A stretch of DNA of 64,000 nucleotides, taken from assembly GCA_044222475.1 (NCBI GenBank), contig JBGANF010000018.1:21512-85511 (forward strand), written 5' to 3'. The notes beneath the pieces are model-generated. The model ran no database searches, was not told the origin of the DNA, and was given only the letters and a program-made list of their open reading frames with translations. Shown one piece after another: positions 9,739 through 19,343 of this stretch (its first letter is position 1; each line of letters begins with the position of its first letter). The stretch is from Polyangiaceae bacterium (GTDB taxonomy: Bacteria > Myxococcota_A > Polyangia > Polyangiales > Polyangiaceae). A program made the translations under genes and the position numbers.

Positions 9739-10223
9739 GGACCGTCCTCCGCGAGCAAGAGATCGTAGACCTCGCGCGGGTCGTGCGCGCCGACGAGCTT
9801 CTCGCGGAACGGCTTGCTCCGCAGGATGCGCGAGATGCGCGCGAGCGTCTTCAGGTGCTCGCCGCTCTCCTTCTTCGGCGACACGAGCGCGATGACGAGC
9901 TGCACGTCGGCGTGGTCGATCGCGTCGAAGTCGACACCGCTCGGGACCGTCAGCACCGCGCCGATCTGACGATCGAGCGAGCCGAGCGACCCGTGAGGGA
10001 TGGCGACTCCCTCGCCTATCCCGGTGGATTGGAGCGCTTCGCGCTCCTCGAGAACGCGCCGAATCTCGACCTCGGGCATCGAGGCGCCATCGGCGAGGAG
10101 GCGCGAAACCTCACCCATGATCTCCGCTTTGGAGAGGGGACCGCCGTTCCGCTGCACGATGGCCACGCGGTCGACGGTGAGCAGCTCACTGAGCTTCAAG
10201 TGTCCCTCACTTCTCTCCCCCAC
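9735..10223 (-). CDS. ptsN: PTS EIIA(Ntr)-type protein
   Basis: EREALQSTGIGEGVAIPHG, GVDFDAID, HLKTLARISR; typical rpoN-linked context. Confidence 0.9.
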   Translation of the reverse strand: MGERSEGHLKLSELLTVDRVAIVQRNGGPLSKAEIMGEVSRLLADGASMPEVEIRRVLEEREALQSTGIGEGVAIPHGSLGSLDRQIGAVLTVPSGVDFDAIDHADVQLVIALVSPKKESGEHLKTLARISRILRSKPFREKLVGAHDPREVYDLLLAEDGP

Positions 10224-10290
10224 GAAAGCGACTCAAACGACGACAGAGGTTAGCGCGCCGCGGGGGAGGGGAGGGTAAGAAACCGGCGAA

Positions 10291-10662
10291 TCAGTCGTCG
10301 TCAGCGACGGGAGCGCCATTCGCGCCCCGCCCACCCTTGGCCGCGTTCGGGAGCAGGCGCTGCGAGGCGCGCTCTTGACCCTTCTTCGAGCTCTTGGCTC
10401 CGCGGATCTGGCGCTCGAGCTTGTCGATCACCTTGTCGATCGTCGCGTACATGTCCTCGCTCGTCTCGTGCGCGTGGAAGTGAGCGCCACCCGAGTGGAT
10501 GTCGATCTCGGCGCTGTGGAGCCGGTTCTGCTGGCAGGAAAGCTTGACCTCGCCTTTCATCGGTTGCCGGAGGAACTTCTGCAGCCGACCGACCTTGTCG
10601 GTCGCATAGCCCTTCACCGCATCCGTGGATTCCATCTGGCGGAAGGTGATCGCGATATTCAT
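10291..10662 (-). CDS. hpf: Ribosome hibernation promoting factor (short HPF/RaiA)
   Basis: MNIAITFRQMESTDAVKGYA...DMYATIDKVIDKLERQI; directly downstream of rpoN. Confidence 0.9.
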   Translation of the reverse strand: MNIAITFRQMESTDAVKGYATDKVGRLQKFLRQPMKGEVKLSCQQNRLHSAEIDIHSGGAHFHAHETSEDMYATIDKVIDKLERQIRGAKSSKKGQERASQRLLPNAAKGGRGANGAPVADDD

Positions 10663-10821
10663 CACGCCGTTCTCCTTTGGAGAGCGGGGCGAGCGGAACC
10701 GCCGGGCCCCTTCTCTCGCTTCATCGACAACCACAAGAGTAACGCGTCCGCTCGTCCGCACCTGGAAAAGTTGCGGATCCGACGAAAACTTCTCTCCGCT
10801 CCGCGCACGGGACTTGCACTC

Positions 10822-10862
10822 CAACGTCAGGGGCTGCGCCCCCGACACCCCCGGTCACCAGA
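10822..10862. repeat. REP-like intergenic repeat, copy 1, with a fragment of the element end
   Basis: CAACGTCAGGGGCTGCGCCCCCGACACCCCC followed by GGTCACCAGA; near-identical to 34010-34039 (inverted) and 56400-56430. Confidence 0.8.
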
Positions 10863-10879
10863 ACGCAGAGCTTTTTCGA

Positions 10880-12406
10880 CTAGAAAAGCTTCTTCCGCTT
10901 GCTCGACGGGAGGATGCGCAACATTTCGCGGTATTTCGCCACCGTGCGCCGCGCGATGACCACGCCGTCGCGCTTGGCCAGGATCTCGACGATTGCCTGG
11001 TCGGAGAGGGGGTTCGACTTCTCCTCCTCCTCGATGATCTTCTTGATCGCCTGCTTGACGCTCTCGGAGGCGATGTCGTCCTCCGCCGTGCGGCGAATCG
11101 ACGAGTTGAAGAAGTACTTGAGCTCGAACAACCCCTGCGGAGTGTGGACGTACTTGTTGGTCGTCACTCGACTGATCGTGCTCTCGTGCATGCCGACGGC
11201 GTAGGCGACGTCGCGGAGGATCATCGGCTTGAGGAACGCGACACCCTTCTCGAAGAAGTCGCGCTGCTTGTCGACGATGCACTCGGTGACCTTGATGATC
11301 GTCTTCCGCCGCTGCTCGATCGCGCGGATGAGCGACTGCGCGTTGCGGAGCTTCTCTCCGATGAAGTCCTTCGCTTGCGGGTCCTTCAAGAGCTGCTTGG
11401 TGAGCGACTCGTTGATGTAGAGCCGCTGGACGCCGCGATCGTTGTCGCTCACGACGAAGCGCTCGCCGTCCTTCACGACGTAGACGTCGGGCGTGATGCC
11501 GATGCTGCGATCGTCCGTCTCGGTGAAGTTGCGTGACGGCCGGCTCTCGAGCTTCTGGATCTCTTTGACCGCCTCGTACACTTCCTCGACCGGCACCTTC
11601 AGATCCCGCGCGATCGCGGGGTAGTTGTGCTTCTCGAGGTTGTGCATGTGCTTGTCGATGATCTGGATCTCCAGATCTTCGTAGCCGAACACCTCGGCCT
11701 GAACGAGCAGGCACTCGCGGAGGTCGCGCGCGCAGGCGCCGACGGGATCCCACTCCTGCATGATGCGGAGCACCTCGGGTGCGTCTTCGGGGTCGAGCCC
11801 TGCTTCTTGAGCGAGCTGCTCCAGCGAGAGGTCGGGCGTGACCGTGCCGTCCTCGCGCTCGGTTCCCTTGAGGTCGAGGAAGCCGTTGTCGTCGAGGTTG
11901 CCGAGCACCATCTCGGCGAAGGCGCGCTCGGGCTCCGTCAGGTCGCTCACCTGGAGCTGCCAGCGGAGGTGATCGACCAGCGAGGTCCCCTTGGTGAGGT
12001 TCTGCTCGATCGGCGGCAGGTCTTCGAACCCGCCTCGGCTCGCGGGGAGCGGCTGCTGCATCGACCGGTTCTCGAGGAACTGCTCCCAGTCGATCTCGTT
12101 GACCTTCTTCTCGTCGGCTGCGCGCTGGAGCTCTTCGCCTTTGTTGCGATCCGACAAGCGCTCGCTCAGGCCGAGGCGGTTGTCGCTGTCGTTCGACGGC
12201 GACTCTTGGTGGACGACCTCGCCCGGCTGCGTGGTCCTCGGCCGCGGCTCGATCTCGTCGTCGGCGAGGACCGGGTTCGCGTCGAGCTCCTTGCGAATCT
12301 CGTCGATCAGCTCGAGGCGCGAGAGCTGCAGCAGGCGGATCGCCTGCTGAAGCTGGGGCGTCATCACCAGCTGTTGACTGAGCTTGAGCTGTTGCTTGAT
12401 TTCCAT
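10880..12406 (-). CDS. rpoN: RNA polymerase sigma-54 factor
   Basis: QQLVMTPQLQQAIRLLQL region I, MHESTISRVT HTH, RpoN box ARRTVAKYRE. Confidence 0.98.
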   Translation of the reverse strand: MEIKQQLKLSQQLVMTPQLQQAIRLLQLSRLELIDEIRKELDANPVLADDEIEPRPRTTQPGEVVHQESPSNDSDNRLGLSERLSDRNKGEELQRAADEKKVNEIDWEQFLENRSMQQPLPASRGGFEDLPPIEQNLTKGTSLVDHLRWQLQVSDLTEPERAFAEMVLGNLDDNGFLDLKGTEREDGTVTPDLSLEQLAQEAGLDPEDAPEVLRIMQEWDPVGACARDLRECLLVQAEVFGYEDLEIQIIDKHMHNLEKHNYPAIARDLKVPVEEVYEAVKEIQKLESRPSRNFTETDDRSIGITPDVYVVKDGERFVVSDNDRGVQRLYINESLTKQLLKDPQAKDFIGEKLRNAQSLIRAIEQRRKTIIKVTECIVDKQRDFFEKGVAFLKPMILRDVAYAVGMHESTISRVTTNKYVHTPQGLFELKYFFNSSIRRTAEDDIASESVKQAIKKIIEEEEKSNPLSDQAIVEILAKRDGVVIARRTVAKYREMLRILPSSKRKKLF

Positions 12407-12515
12407 GGGATTTCAGCGCCGCCTCGGTCGGCGCTTCATGCGCCGGAGAGGCCCGAACCTTGCAACACCCCAAACCTAACACGCATCGCGACGCCCGTTG
12501 CTACAATCGTGCCAA

Positions 12516-13124
12516 GTGTTCGATGACCCCTTGACACGGGCGTTCTTCGCTCGGGATGCGCTCGTGGTCGCCCGCGCTCTCATCGGTTGCATCCTGCAAC
12601 GAGGCGACGCGTGGGGCCGCATCGTCGAGACCGAGGCGTACCGCGGTCCGACCGACCTCGCGTGCCATGCGCGCGCAGGGCGGACGGCGCGAACGCGCGC
12701 GCTCTTCGGGCCGCCGGGCCACGCGTACGTGTTCCTCGTCTACGGCATGCACGAGTGCATGAACGTGGTCTGCAAGGCCGAAGGCAGCGGGCACGCGGTG
12801 CTGCTCCGCGGCGTGGAGCCGATCCGCGGGCTCCCAGCGGACGCGCGTGGAGACGGGCCAGGGCGCCTCTCGCGAATGTTGCAGATTGCACGTGACATCG
12901 ACGGCGCGGATCTCTGCGCGCCGGGCGCACCGCTTCGGTTGTACCCGCGCGCCGCCCGCCCGCGCATCGCGGTGACGGCGCGGGTCGGTGTCGGCTACGC
13001 CGGCGCGTGGGCGGAGAAGCCTTGGCGCTTCCTCGACGAGCGGAGCGCCCACGTCTCGCGCCCGAGCGCGAAGGTCATCGGGCTCGGCGACGCGCGAACG
13101 CCTAGGGCGAGGTCCACACGATGA
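12516..13124 (+). CDS. DNA-3-methyladenine glycosylase (MPG/AAG family)
   Basis: FFARDALVVARALIG, GRIVETEAY.GPTD.ACH, LFGPPGHAYVFLVYGMH, GPGRL, PWRF. Confidence 0.92.
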   Translation: MFDDPLTRAFFARDALVVARALIGCILQRGDAWGRIVETEAYRGPTDLACHARAGRTARTRALFGPPGHAYVFLVYGMHECMNVVCKAEGSGHAVLLRGVEPIRGLPADARGDGPGRLSRMLQIARDIDGADLCAPGAPLRLYPRAARPRIAVTARVGVGYAGAWAEKPWRFLDERSAHVSRPSAKVIGLGDARTPRARSTR

Positions 13125-13587
13125 TCTCGACCGTCCCCGGCGCGCCCTGGACCGCGAGCGTCGCGCGCTGACCCTTGCGCAGACACACCGGCCCCTTCGC
13201 GCCGACGGCGGCGGTCGCCCCCCGCGCCGTCGCGAGGACGTGGCCGGCGTCGTCGGTGAGCGTCGCGTCGATGATCTCGGGAGCGACGATCGCGATGCGG
13301 TAGCAGCGGTCGGCGTCGGTGGGGGCGAGCGCGTACGCTCCGCCGTCGCGTGGCTCGATCCGTGTTCGCTCGAGCTCCCTCATGCCCGGCGCGAGACGCT
13401 GCGCGAGCGCGGCGACGTCGAGACCTGCATCGAGCGGCGAAGCCGCCGTGCCGTCGACGTCGCTCGCGTCGAGCCCTGCGTCGTCGCGCGCCGTCGGCGC
13501 GTGCGGGCGCGGCAGAGCGGCCGCGGCGCACGCGACGCCGGCCACGGCCAGGGTGAGCACGAGCAGCACGCGCCGGCGGGGAATCAC
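13102..13587 (-). CDS. Hypothetical exported protein, possible lipoprotein
   Basis: GTG overlaps the bactofilin stop. Basic then hydrophobic N-terminus ending AGVA-C; a Cys pair (RCY...PVC). Confidence 0.55.
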   Translation of the reverse strand: MIPRRRVLLVLTLAVAGVACAAAALPRPHAPTARDDAGLDASDVDGTAASPLDAGLDVAALAQRLAPGMRELERTRIEPRDGGAYALAPTDADRCYRIAIVAPEIIDATLTDDAGHVLATARGATAAVGAKGPVCLRKGQRATLAVQGAPGTVEIIVWTSP

Positions 13588-13976
13588 GTGGCGGAAGGCT
13601 TCTGCGCGTCGTCGACCGGGTCCATGCGACAGGTGCCGCGGAACTCGACGCCGCGATCGAGGAAGACCGAAGGCGAGTGCAGGTTGCCAGTGACCTTCGC
13701 GGGCGCGTGGATCTCGATCGCGGTCTTCGCCACGATGTCGCCGACGATCTCGCCGCCCTTCACGATCACCGTCGCGACGGTGATGGCGGCGTGGACCTCG
13801 GCGCCGTCCGCGACGATGAGCGTGTCGTCGCTGCGGATCTCGCCCTTCAGCCAGCCCTCGATTCGGACCCGGCCCTCGAAGTGGAGCTTGCCCTCGAACC
13901 GCGTGCCGCGTCCGAGGAGAGCGGTGAGCTCCACCGACGCTGCCGCGCCACTTGGAGCCTGAGCCTGAGCTTCCAT
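13584..13976 (-). CDS. Bactofilin (polymer-forming cytoskeletal protein)
   Basis: ALLGRGTRFEGKLHFEGRVRIEG...GEIVGDIVA...AKVTGNL...GVEFRGTCRM beta-helix pattern. Confidence 0.92.
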   Translation of the reverse strand: MEAQAQAPSGAAASVELTALLGRGTRFEGKLHFEGRVRIEGWLKGEIRSDDTLIVADGAEVHAAITVATVIVKGGEIVGDIVAKTAIEIHAPAKVTGNLHSPSVFLDRGVEFRGTCRMDPVDDAQKPSAT

Positions 13977-14262
13977 GCCCGTCCCTTATCACGACCGAAG
14001 CCGTCAGCCCTCTACCAAGAACCACCGTGCGGGCCGTTACGCCCATGACGCACGCCGACCCACACCGATAATTCAGTTGGAGTTACGGACACCTGCGGCG
14101 GCGTTCCGCTCGGAACGAAATGTGCATACGGTGGCGGGCGTCCGTTCAGTGGCGGGCAGCAACAGGTACGTGGGCAGAAATCAGGACACCGGCTCCGGTA
14201 GCCGTTGACACCTGGGCCCTTCCCGCGTTTAGGTCCGCGTCCTCGCGTCCAGGAGCTCGAAC

Positions 14263-15501
14263 ATGTCGCGTCAGCGTTCACTACACACCTTCGCCGCGCT
14301 CGCCGCGCTCGCCGCCGTCTTCGCCTTCGGTGGCACCGCCGCCGCAGCCGACGCGCCGCCCGCGGATCCGCCGCCGGCCGCCCCGCCGACCGACCCGGCC
14401 GGTGGAGCCAACCCCGCGGATCCCAACGCTGCGGTGGTCGCTGCCCCGAGTCACCCCGCGATCTTCACGTCGACCCTCACCGCCGACCCCGCCAAGGACA
14501 AGGACAAGGTCGACGCGCCCAAGAAGAAGGAGCCCCTTCGCTGGGCGAACAGCCAGTTCTTCCAGCAGGTCGGCGTCACGCCGAACGTTCTCAGCCCCGG
14601 CGCTACGCAGTCGCCCGACGTCACCGTCGACACGTTCATGCTCCTCCAGCCGCGCTTCTCGATCACGAAGGAGTGGCAGGTCCGTCTCCGCATGACCGGC
14701 AACTACGAGTTCACGAACAACGCGAACTCGAGCACGACGCGCGCGCGCGAGTTCCGCTTCGGTGACGCGATCCCGTCGCTGTGGTTCAGCGGCATCCCGG
14801 CCTTCGCTGGCTTCAAGCTCACGCCCAACATCGGGTTGACGATCCCTCTCTCCGTCGAGTCGCAGGCGCGCACGATGATCGTGTCGCCCTCGCTCGGTCT
14901 GCAGCTGGCTCACCCCTTCGAGCACTTCCTCGGCGGCGAGGGGATCGTGATCGTCTCGTCGTCGTTCGCCCACCCCTTCTACCGCTACACGACGCCGGGA
15001 GTGGAGAACCCGCCGACCTACCAGCGCCAGTGCGCGAGCCCGGCCGATTTCAGCTGCGGTCTCCAGGCGAGCGGCGCTTCGAACCCGGCCAACATCCTCA
15101 CCTTCCTCGCCGTCATCTCGGCCGAGTGGGGCAAGGTGTCGCCCGGCATCGCCGTCCTCTCGAGCTCCCAGTGGACGTACGACTTCAAGGACATCAACGG
15201 TGTCCAGCGCGATCCGAACCGCACCAACCTCCGCCAGACCGTCTACGCGGCGGCGTGGGTCGACTACAACTGGAACAGCTGGTTCACGACCGAGGTCGGC
15301 TACCAAATCTTCCGCAACGTGCTCAACAGCGACGGCACCTACGGCAACCCCGTGTACGACGCGTACAACGGTGACATGCGGTTCTACGTCGGCATCAACG
15401 TCGGCCTCGACAAGCTCTACCAGACCATCACCGGCGACGCCGAAGAGGCCGCGGGCGTCGTCCGTGTCCACAACGATCGCAAGGCAACGACCACCTACTG
15501 A
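14263..15501 (+). CDS. Secreted protein, probable outer-membrane beta-barrel
   Basis: SD AGGAG; signal peptide (AAA-AD); Pro-rich linker; aromatic amphipathic strands (VYAAAWVDYNW, TEVGYQ, RFYVGINVGL). Confidence 0.65.
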   Translation: MSRQRSLHTFAALAALAAVFAFGGTAAAADAPPADPPPAAPPTDPAGGANPADPNAAVVAAPSHPAIFTSTLTADPAKDKDKVDAPKKKEPLRWANSQFFQQVGVTPNVLSPGATQSPDVTVDTFMLLQPRFSITKEWQVRLRMTGNYEFTNNANSSTTRAREFRFGDAIPSLWFSGIPAFAGFKLTPNIGLTIPLSVESQARTMIVSPSLGLQLAHPFEHFLGGEGIVIVSSSFAHPFYRYTTPGVENPPTYQRQCASPADFSCGLQASGASNPANILTFLAVISAEWGKVSPGIAVLSSSQWTYDFKDINGVQRDPNRTNLRQTVYAAAWVDYNWNSWFTTEVGYQIFRNVLNSDGTYGNPVYDAYNGDMRFYVGINVGLDKLYQTITGDAEEAAGVVRVHNDRKATTTY

Positions 15502-15528
15502 GGGGTGCTCGGGGCATGGCGCGAAAGG

Positions 15529-15560
15529 CGCGGGGATCGATCGGTCCCCGCGTTTTTTTT
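15529..15560 (+). terminator. Intrinsic terminator
   Basis: CGCGGGGA...TCCCCGCG stem followed by 8 T, just after the stop at 15501. Confidence 0.85.
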
Positions 15561-15636
15561 ACGCATCCGCACACCGCGGAGCTGTATGTTGCCGCGCGTT
15601 CATCACGTAGAGCGCGCGAACGGAAAGGGAACGGAG

Positions 15637-16647
15637 ATGATCTCGAGTCGGTTGGGTAGGGCGGTGTCGTGCGGCCTCGGTGCAGTCGTGGGTCTCGCGG
15701 CGATCCTGTCGTCGGGCGTGGCAAGCGCCGAAGACGCGAAGCCCGCCGCCACGACCGAGGCACCGAAGCCTCACGCCAAGTGGCGTGACCCGCTCGCGGT
15801 CGGGCTCGACGTGACCGTGGGTCTGAGCACTCGGCCTTCGGTGCTCGAGCTTCCGCCCGCCGGTGGCTTCACCGAGCCGGGCAACGCCGTCATCGATAGC
15901 GGCCACCGCGCGGGGGTCTTCCTGCTGCGTGCGCGCTACGACTTCGGCCGCGTCGGTCTCGCGGTGCGTTTTCCGATCATCGCGGGCCGCGTGTACGACA
16001 ACGACAACCCGCGTGGCTTCGGCGACAGCCGCTTCTACTCCGGCAACATCGAGTTCAGCGTCGAGATGCCGAAGCAGGTGTCGCCGACGGTTCGCTACAC
16101 GCCCTCCGTCTCGCTCCTCGCGCCGACGGCGGGAGGCACCGCCTTCGAGCGTGGCGACGACGTGAGCAGCCCGAGCTTCGATCGCGGCAGCGCACAGCGC
16201 TACAGCCTCGGCCTGGCAGCGTCCTACGCCCTCGGTGGTGAAGAGAACGCGCTGTTCCTCAACCACCGCGTCGGCATCGTCCCTCGCATCGGCTTCGACT
16301 TGACCCCCGGCCACGCCGAGATCGGTCCGTTCCTCAAGGTACCGATCATGATCGCGGTGCAGGACTCGACGAACGAGCCGCTTCGCGTCGAGGTCGTCGG
16401 CGGCGTGCGCTTCGCCTATTGGCTCGGGCCCGTGTCGGTCGGCGTGCGCCTGCTCGGCAACGTCCCGATCGCGACGCGCGACTCGTTTCGCGATCCGTGG
16501 TTCTTCGTCGAGCCCGAGCTGCGCTTCCAGATCACGCCGTCGTTCCGCGCGCACGTGAGCGGGCTCCTGCCGATCGCCGCACCCGCGGCCATCTACGACA
16601 CGCCGGCGGCGGGCTCGATCCGCGGCGGGTTCGCCATCACGTTCTGA
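15637..16647 (+). CDS. Probable outer-membrane beta-barrel protein
   Basis: Signal peptide (GVASA-ED), amphipathic strands, C-terminal beta-signal GGFAITF. Confidence 0.7.
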   Translation: MISSRLGRAVSCGLGAVVGLAAILSSGVASAEDAKPAATTEAPKPHAKWRDPLAVGLDVTVGLSTRPSVLELPPAGGFTEPGNAVIDSGHRAGVFLLRARYDFGRVGLAVRFPIIAGRVYDNDNPRGFGDSRFYSGNIEFSVEMPKQVSPTVRYTPSVSLLAPTAGGTAFERGDDVSSPSFDRGSAQRYSLGLAASYALGGEENALFLNHRVGIVPRIGFDLTPGHAEIGPFLKVPIMIAVQDSTNEPLRVEVVGGVRFAYWLGPVSVGVRLLGNVPIATRDSFRDPWFFVEPELRFQITPSFRAHVSGLLPIAAPAAIYDTPAAGSIRGGFAITF

Positions 16648-16701
16648 CGGGTTTTCGCCCACAATTTTCCATGCCGGCCGGGGCCGTGCTCTACTAGGAG
16701 C

Positions 16702-17358
16702 ATGCGGTTTCGTCTGCCCTCTCGCCTGATGTGGGGATCAGTCTTGGTGGCGGTCGCGCTCGCCCCCGCCGCGTTCGCCGATGCACCGGCGGCCAGCAGC
16801 GCCCCCGCCGATTCCGCGGCGCCCGTCACTCCGCCCAGCGCGTCGGTGTCGGCGGCGCCCGCACGGCCGGCGACCGGCTACGGATACTCGACGCGACCGG
16901 CAGCAGCGGCCGGCGCGCGTCCGGTGCAGCGCACCGCGGCTGCGCGTCCTGCCGCGCCGAGCGGGCCAGTGGCGACGCTCCCCGGATTCGAGATGCAGTC
17001 CGACGGCAGCTCGCGCCTCTTCGTGCAGCTCACGCAGACCGTGCAGGTCGAAGAGCGGGTGGCGAAGGGCCAGCTCACGTACGTCCTCAAGGGGACGCAC
17101 GTCACCGTGCACAACAACCAGAACCCGCTCGAAACGGTGCACTTCAACACGCCAGTGACGCGCGCGCGGTTGGTCCCGTCGGGTGGCGATCTGCTGTTCG
17201 TGATCGAGCTCCGCGCGGCCGCGACGCCGACGTGGAAGATCACCCCCGCGAAGGACGGGTCTGCGATCCTGATGGTCGACTTCCCGAAGGGCTCGTACCT
17301 CGGTGCGCCGCCCCCGCCGGCCCCGCCGCCGAGCGGAAGCGCAGCGCCGCGGCGGTGA
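16702..17358 (+). CDS. Secreted AMIN-like domain protein
   Basis: SD AGGAG; signal peptide AFA-D; Ala/Pro linker; domain SRLFVQLT...FNTPVTRARL...FVIELR...LMVDF resembles AMIN. Confidence 0.6.
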   Translation: MRFRLPSRLMWGSVLVAVALAPAAFADAPAASSAPADSAAPVTPPSASVSAAPARPATGYGYSTRPAAAAGARPVQRTAAARPAAPSGPVATLPGFEMQSDGSSRLFVQLTQTVQVEERVAKGQLTYVLKGTHVTVHNNQNPLETVHFNTPVTRARLVPSGGDLLFVIELRAAATPTWKITPAKDGSAILMVDFPKGSYLGAPPPPAPPPSGSAAPRR

Positions 17359-17384
17359 CGCGCTCGCGCCCGTGTTGGTGAGCC

Positions 17385-19184
17385 TTGCGGCGGACCGTCC
17401 TCTTCCTTCTCGCCGCTGCGCTGGTCGCGCGAACCTCGTCGGCGCAGGAGCTCGACGTCCACGCCGACGACGTCCAGGTCGACCCGCGCCTCCGTGAGCT
17501 CGATCTCAAGGGGAACGTGCGCGCCGACCTGCCGCCGTTCCACCTGAGCGCCGATGCGCTGCACCTCAGCCGTTCGTCGCTCGGCGTCATCGTCGAGGGC
17601 GACGGTCGCCTCGCGTTCTGTCCCTGTTTGGGAACGCCGCTCGCGATCGCGTTCTCTCGCGCGACGGTCGCACCGCCGGCGGATCTCTTCCTCAAGAACG
17701 CGCGGCTCGAGATCTTCGGCTTGCCCATCTTCTGGCTCCCCTACTTCTGGCTGCGTGGGCCGACGCGCTTCGGGCTGCTTCCGCCGGACCTCCAGGTTCG
17801 CGCGAAGGACGGCGTGTACCTCGGGGGCGGCGTGCACGTCCCGTGGAAGTCGCCCGGTGGGCAGAGCGCGCTCGATCTGCGCGGCGGCGGTTATTTCCTC
17901 GGCGGCGCGGTAGCCGACGCCGAGCTCCGCACACCGACGTCGACGTCGCACGTGCGGTGGGACTACCTCGGGACGCACGGTCTCCGGGTGGACGCGCGCG
18001 GGTTCGCGGGGCGAGGCTCGTCGCGGGTCGTGTGGGACGTCGACGCGCTCCGGGGCGCGCGCGCGGTGCAGGCGACGACGCCTCTCGACGTGGCGTCGCG
18101 CCCGTACGACGTCGCGTCGATCGAGGCGCAGCAGTTCGGGCTCGTGAACGTCGCGCTCGGCTACCGCGCGATCAGCGCACGCGGGAGCGACGCGCTGACG
18201 ATCGAAGCGTCGGGACCGGTCGCGGTCGCGTCGGCGGGCGCGTCCGTCGGACCGATGGTGCTCGACGGGGTCGTCGACGCGGGCCTCCTGCGGTTGCCGG
18301 GTGCGGTGAGTCTCTCGTTCGCGCGCGCCGACGCTGGCGTCGAGATCGCGGGACACGCGGGGCCGGTCGCGATCCGCGATCGGGTGCGCGGCTCGGGCGT
18401 GGCGATCGCTGGCGGCACCGGCGATGGCACGGGAGGGTCGGCGTCGACGCGCGTCACCATCGGCGTGCCGCTGGCGCGAGGCTTCCCGATCGGAGCATCG
18501 GCCGACCCTCTGCGCCATCGGATCGAGCCGTTCGTCGCGGCGTTCGGCGCGCTCACCGGTGGCGATCGCGCGCTCGGCGTGCTGCCGGGGCGTGGCGTAT
18601 CGCTGCTCTCCGACGGCGCCACCTTCGGGGCCGAAGGCGGCGTCGCGACGTCGCTCGGGCGGTGGGCCTCGGGAAACTCGGGCGAGGCGCTGGCCACCGC
18701 CGGTGCGCTCAGCGACTCACGGGGCACGCGAGGACTGGTGCGGTGGCGGGTCGCTGCGACGTCGAGCGTCGTGTCGGCGAACGTCGACGGCGCGCACGTG
18801 CTCGGCGACGGCGACGCGATCGCGTTTCGCGTTCGCCTCGGCGCGATGGATCGTCTCGGGCTGCGCGCTCACGGCACGTGGCGACGCGGAGAGGACCCGA
18901 TCGCGGCGCGAGCGCTCGGCGATGCGCCCATCACGGTACCGATCGGGTACGTCTCGACCGAAGGCTTCTCTGGCGGCGTCGCTGCGTCGATCCCTTGGGC
19001 GCGGTTCCTCGCGACGCGCGGGGGCGTCGATTGGGACTTCACCGCCGGTAGGCTGCTCGGCGCGTGGGGCACCATCGAGCTCCGCGACACGTGCGGATGT
19101 CTGCGCCTCCGCGTGACCGGCGCGCATCGCCTCGGGCGCGACGGGCTCGACGTGTGGATGAGCATCGATTTCGCGCCGCGTTGA
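17385..19184 (+). CDS. lptD: LptD-like LPS-assembly outer-membrane protein
   Basis: DVHADDV...LKGNV...LSADAL beta-taco N-terminus, CPC, LKNARLEIFG.PIFWLPYF...FGLLPP, C-terminal C-G-C and terminal strand. Start is approximate. Confidence 0.65.
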   Translation: MRRTVLFLLAAALVARTSSAQELDVHADDVQVDPRLRELDLKGNVRADLPPFHLSADALHLSRSSLGVIVEGDGRLAFCPCLGTPLAIAFSRATVAPPADLFLKNARLEIFGLPIFWLPYFWLRGPTRFGLLPPDLQVRAKDGVYLGGGVHVPWKSPGGQSALDLRGGGYFLGGAVADAELRTPTSTSHVRWDYLGTHGLRVDARGFAGRGSSRVVWDVDALRGARAVQATTPLDVASRPYDVASIEAQQFGLVNVALGYRAISARGSDALTIEASGPVAVASAGASVGPMVLDGVVDAGLLRLPGAVSLSFARADAGVEIAGHAGPVAIRDRVRGSGVAIAGGTGDGTGGSASTRVTIGVPLARGFPIGASADPLRHRIEPFVAAFGALTGGDRALGVLPGRGVSLLSDGATFGAEGGVATSLGRWASGNSGEALATAGALSDSRGTRGLVRWRVAATSSVVSANVDGAHVLGDGDAIAFRVRLGAMDRLGLRAHGTWRRGEDPIAARALGDAPITVPIGYVSTEGFSGGVAASIPWARFLATRGGVDWDFTAGRLLGAWGTIELRDTCGCLRLRVTGAHRLGRDGLDVWMSIDFAPR

Positions 19185-19202
19185 GGCTACGCGACAGCGC
19201 TT

Positions 19203-19238
19203 GTTGAATTTGAATTCCAAGCTCGAATTCAATTTCAT
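19203..19238. promoter_or_regulatory. AT-rich operator upstream of bfr (tandem Fur-like boxes)
   Basis: Perfect 8-7-8 inverted repeat TTGAATTC-N7-GAATTCAA (19210-19232) within an AT-rich patch in GC-rich DNA. Confidence 0.5.
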
Positions 19239-19343
19239 CGAGAAAAATAGGTGATTCGCGCTTGCGCACGGATTGCGCCGATGCTCTCTTGGGATCAGCG
19301 AAGCGCGCGAAGTGCGTACGCGCCGCGTTCCTCGGAGGCCAAA

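Noticed and set aside
10803..10819. Sigma-54-like GCGCAC-N5-TTGCA between hpf and rpoN
   Set aside because: Lacks the invariant -24 GG and points antisense into rpoN.
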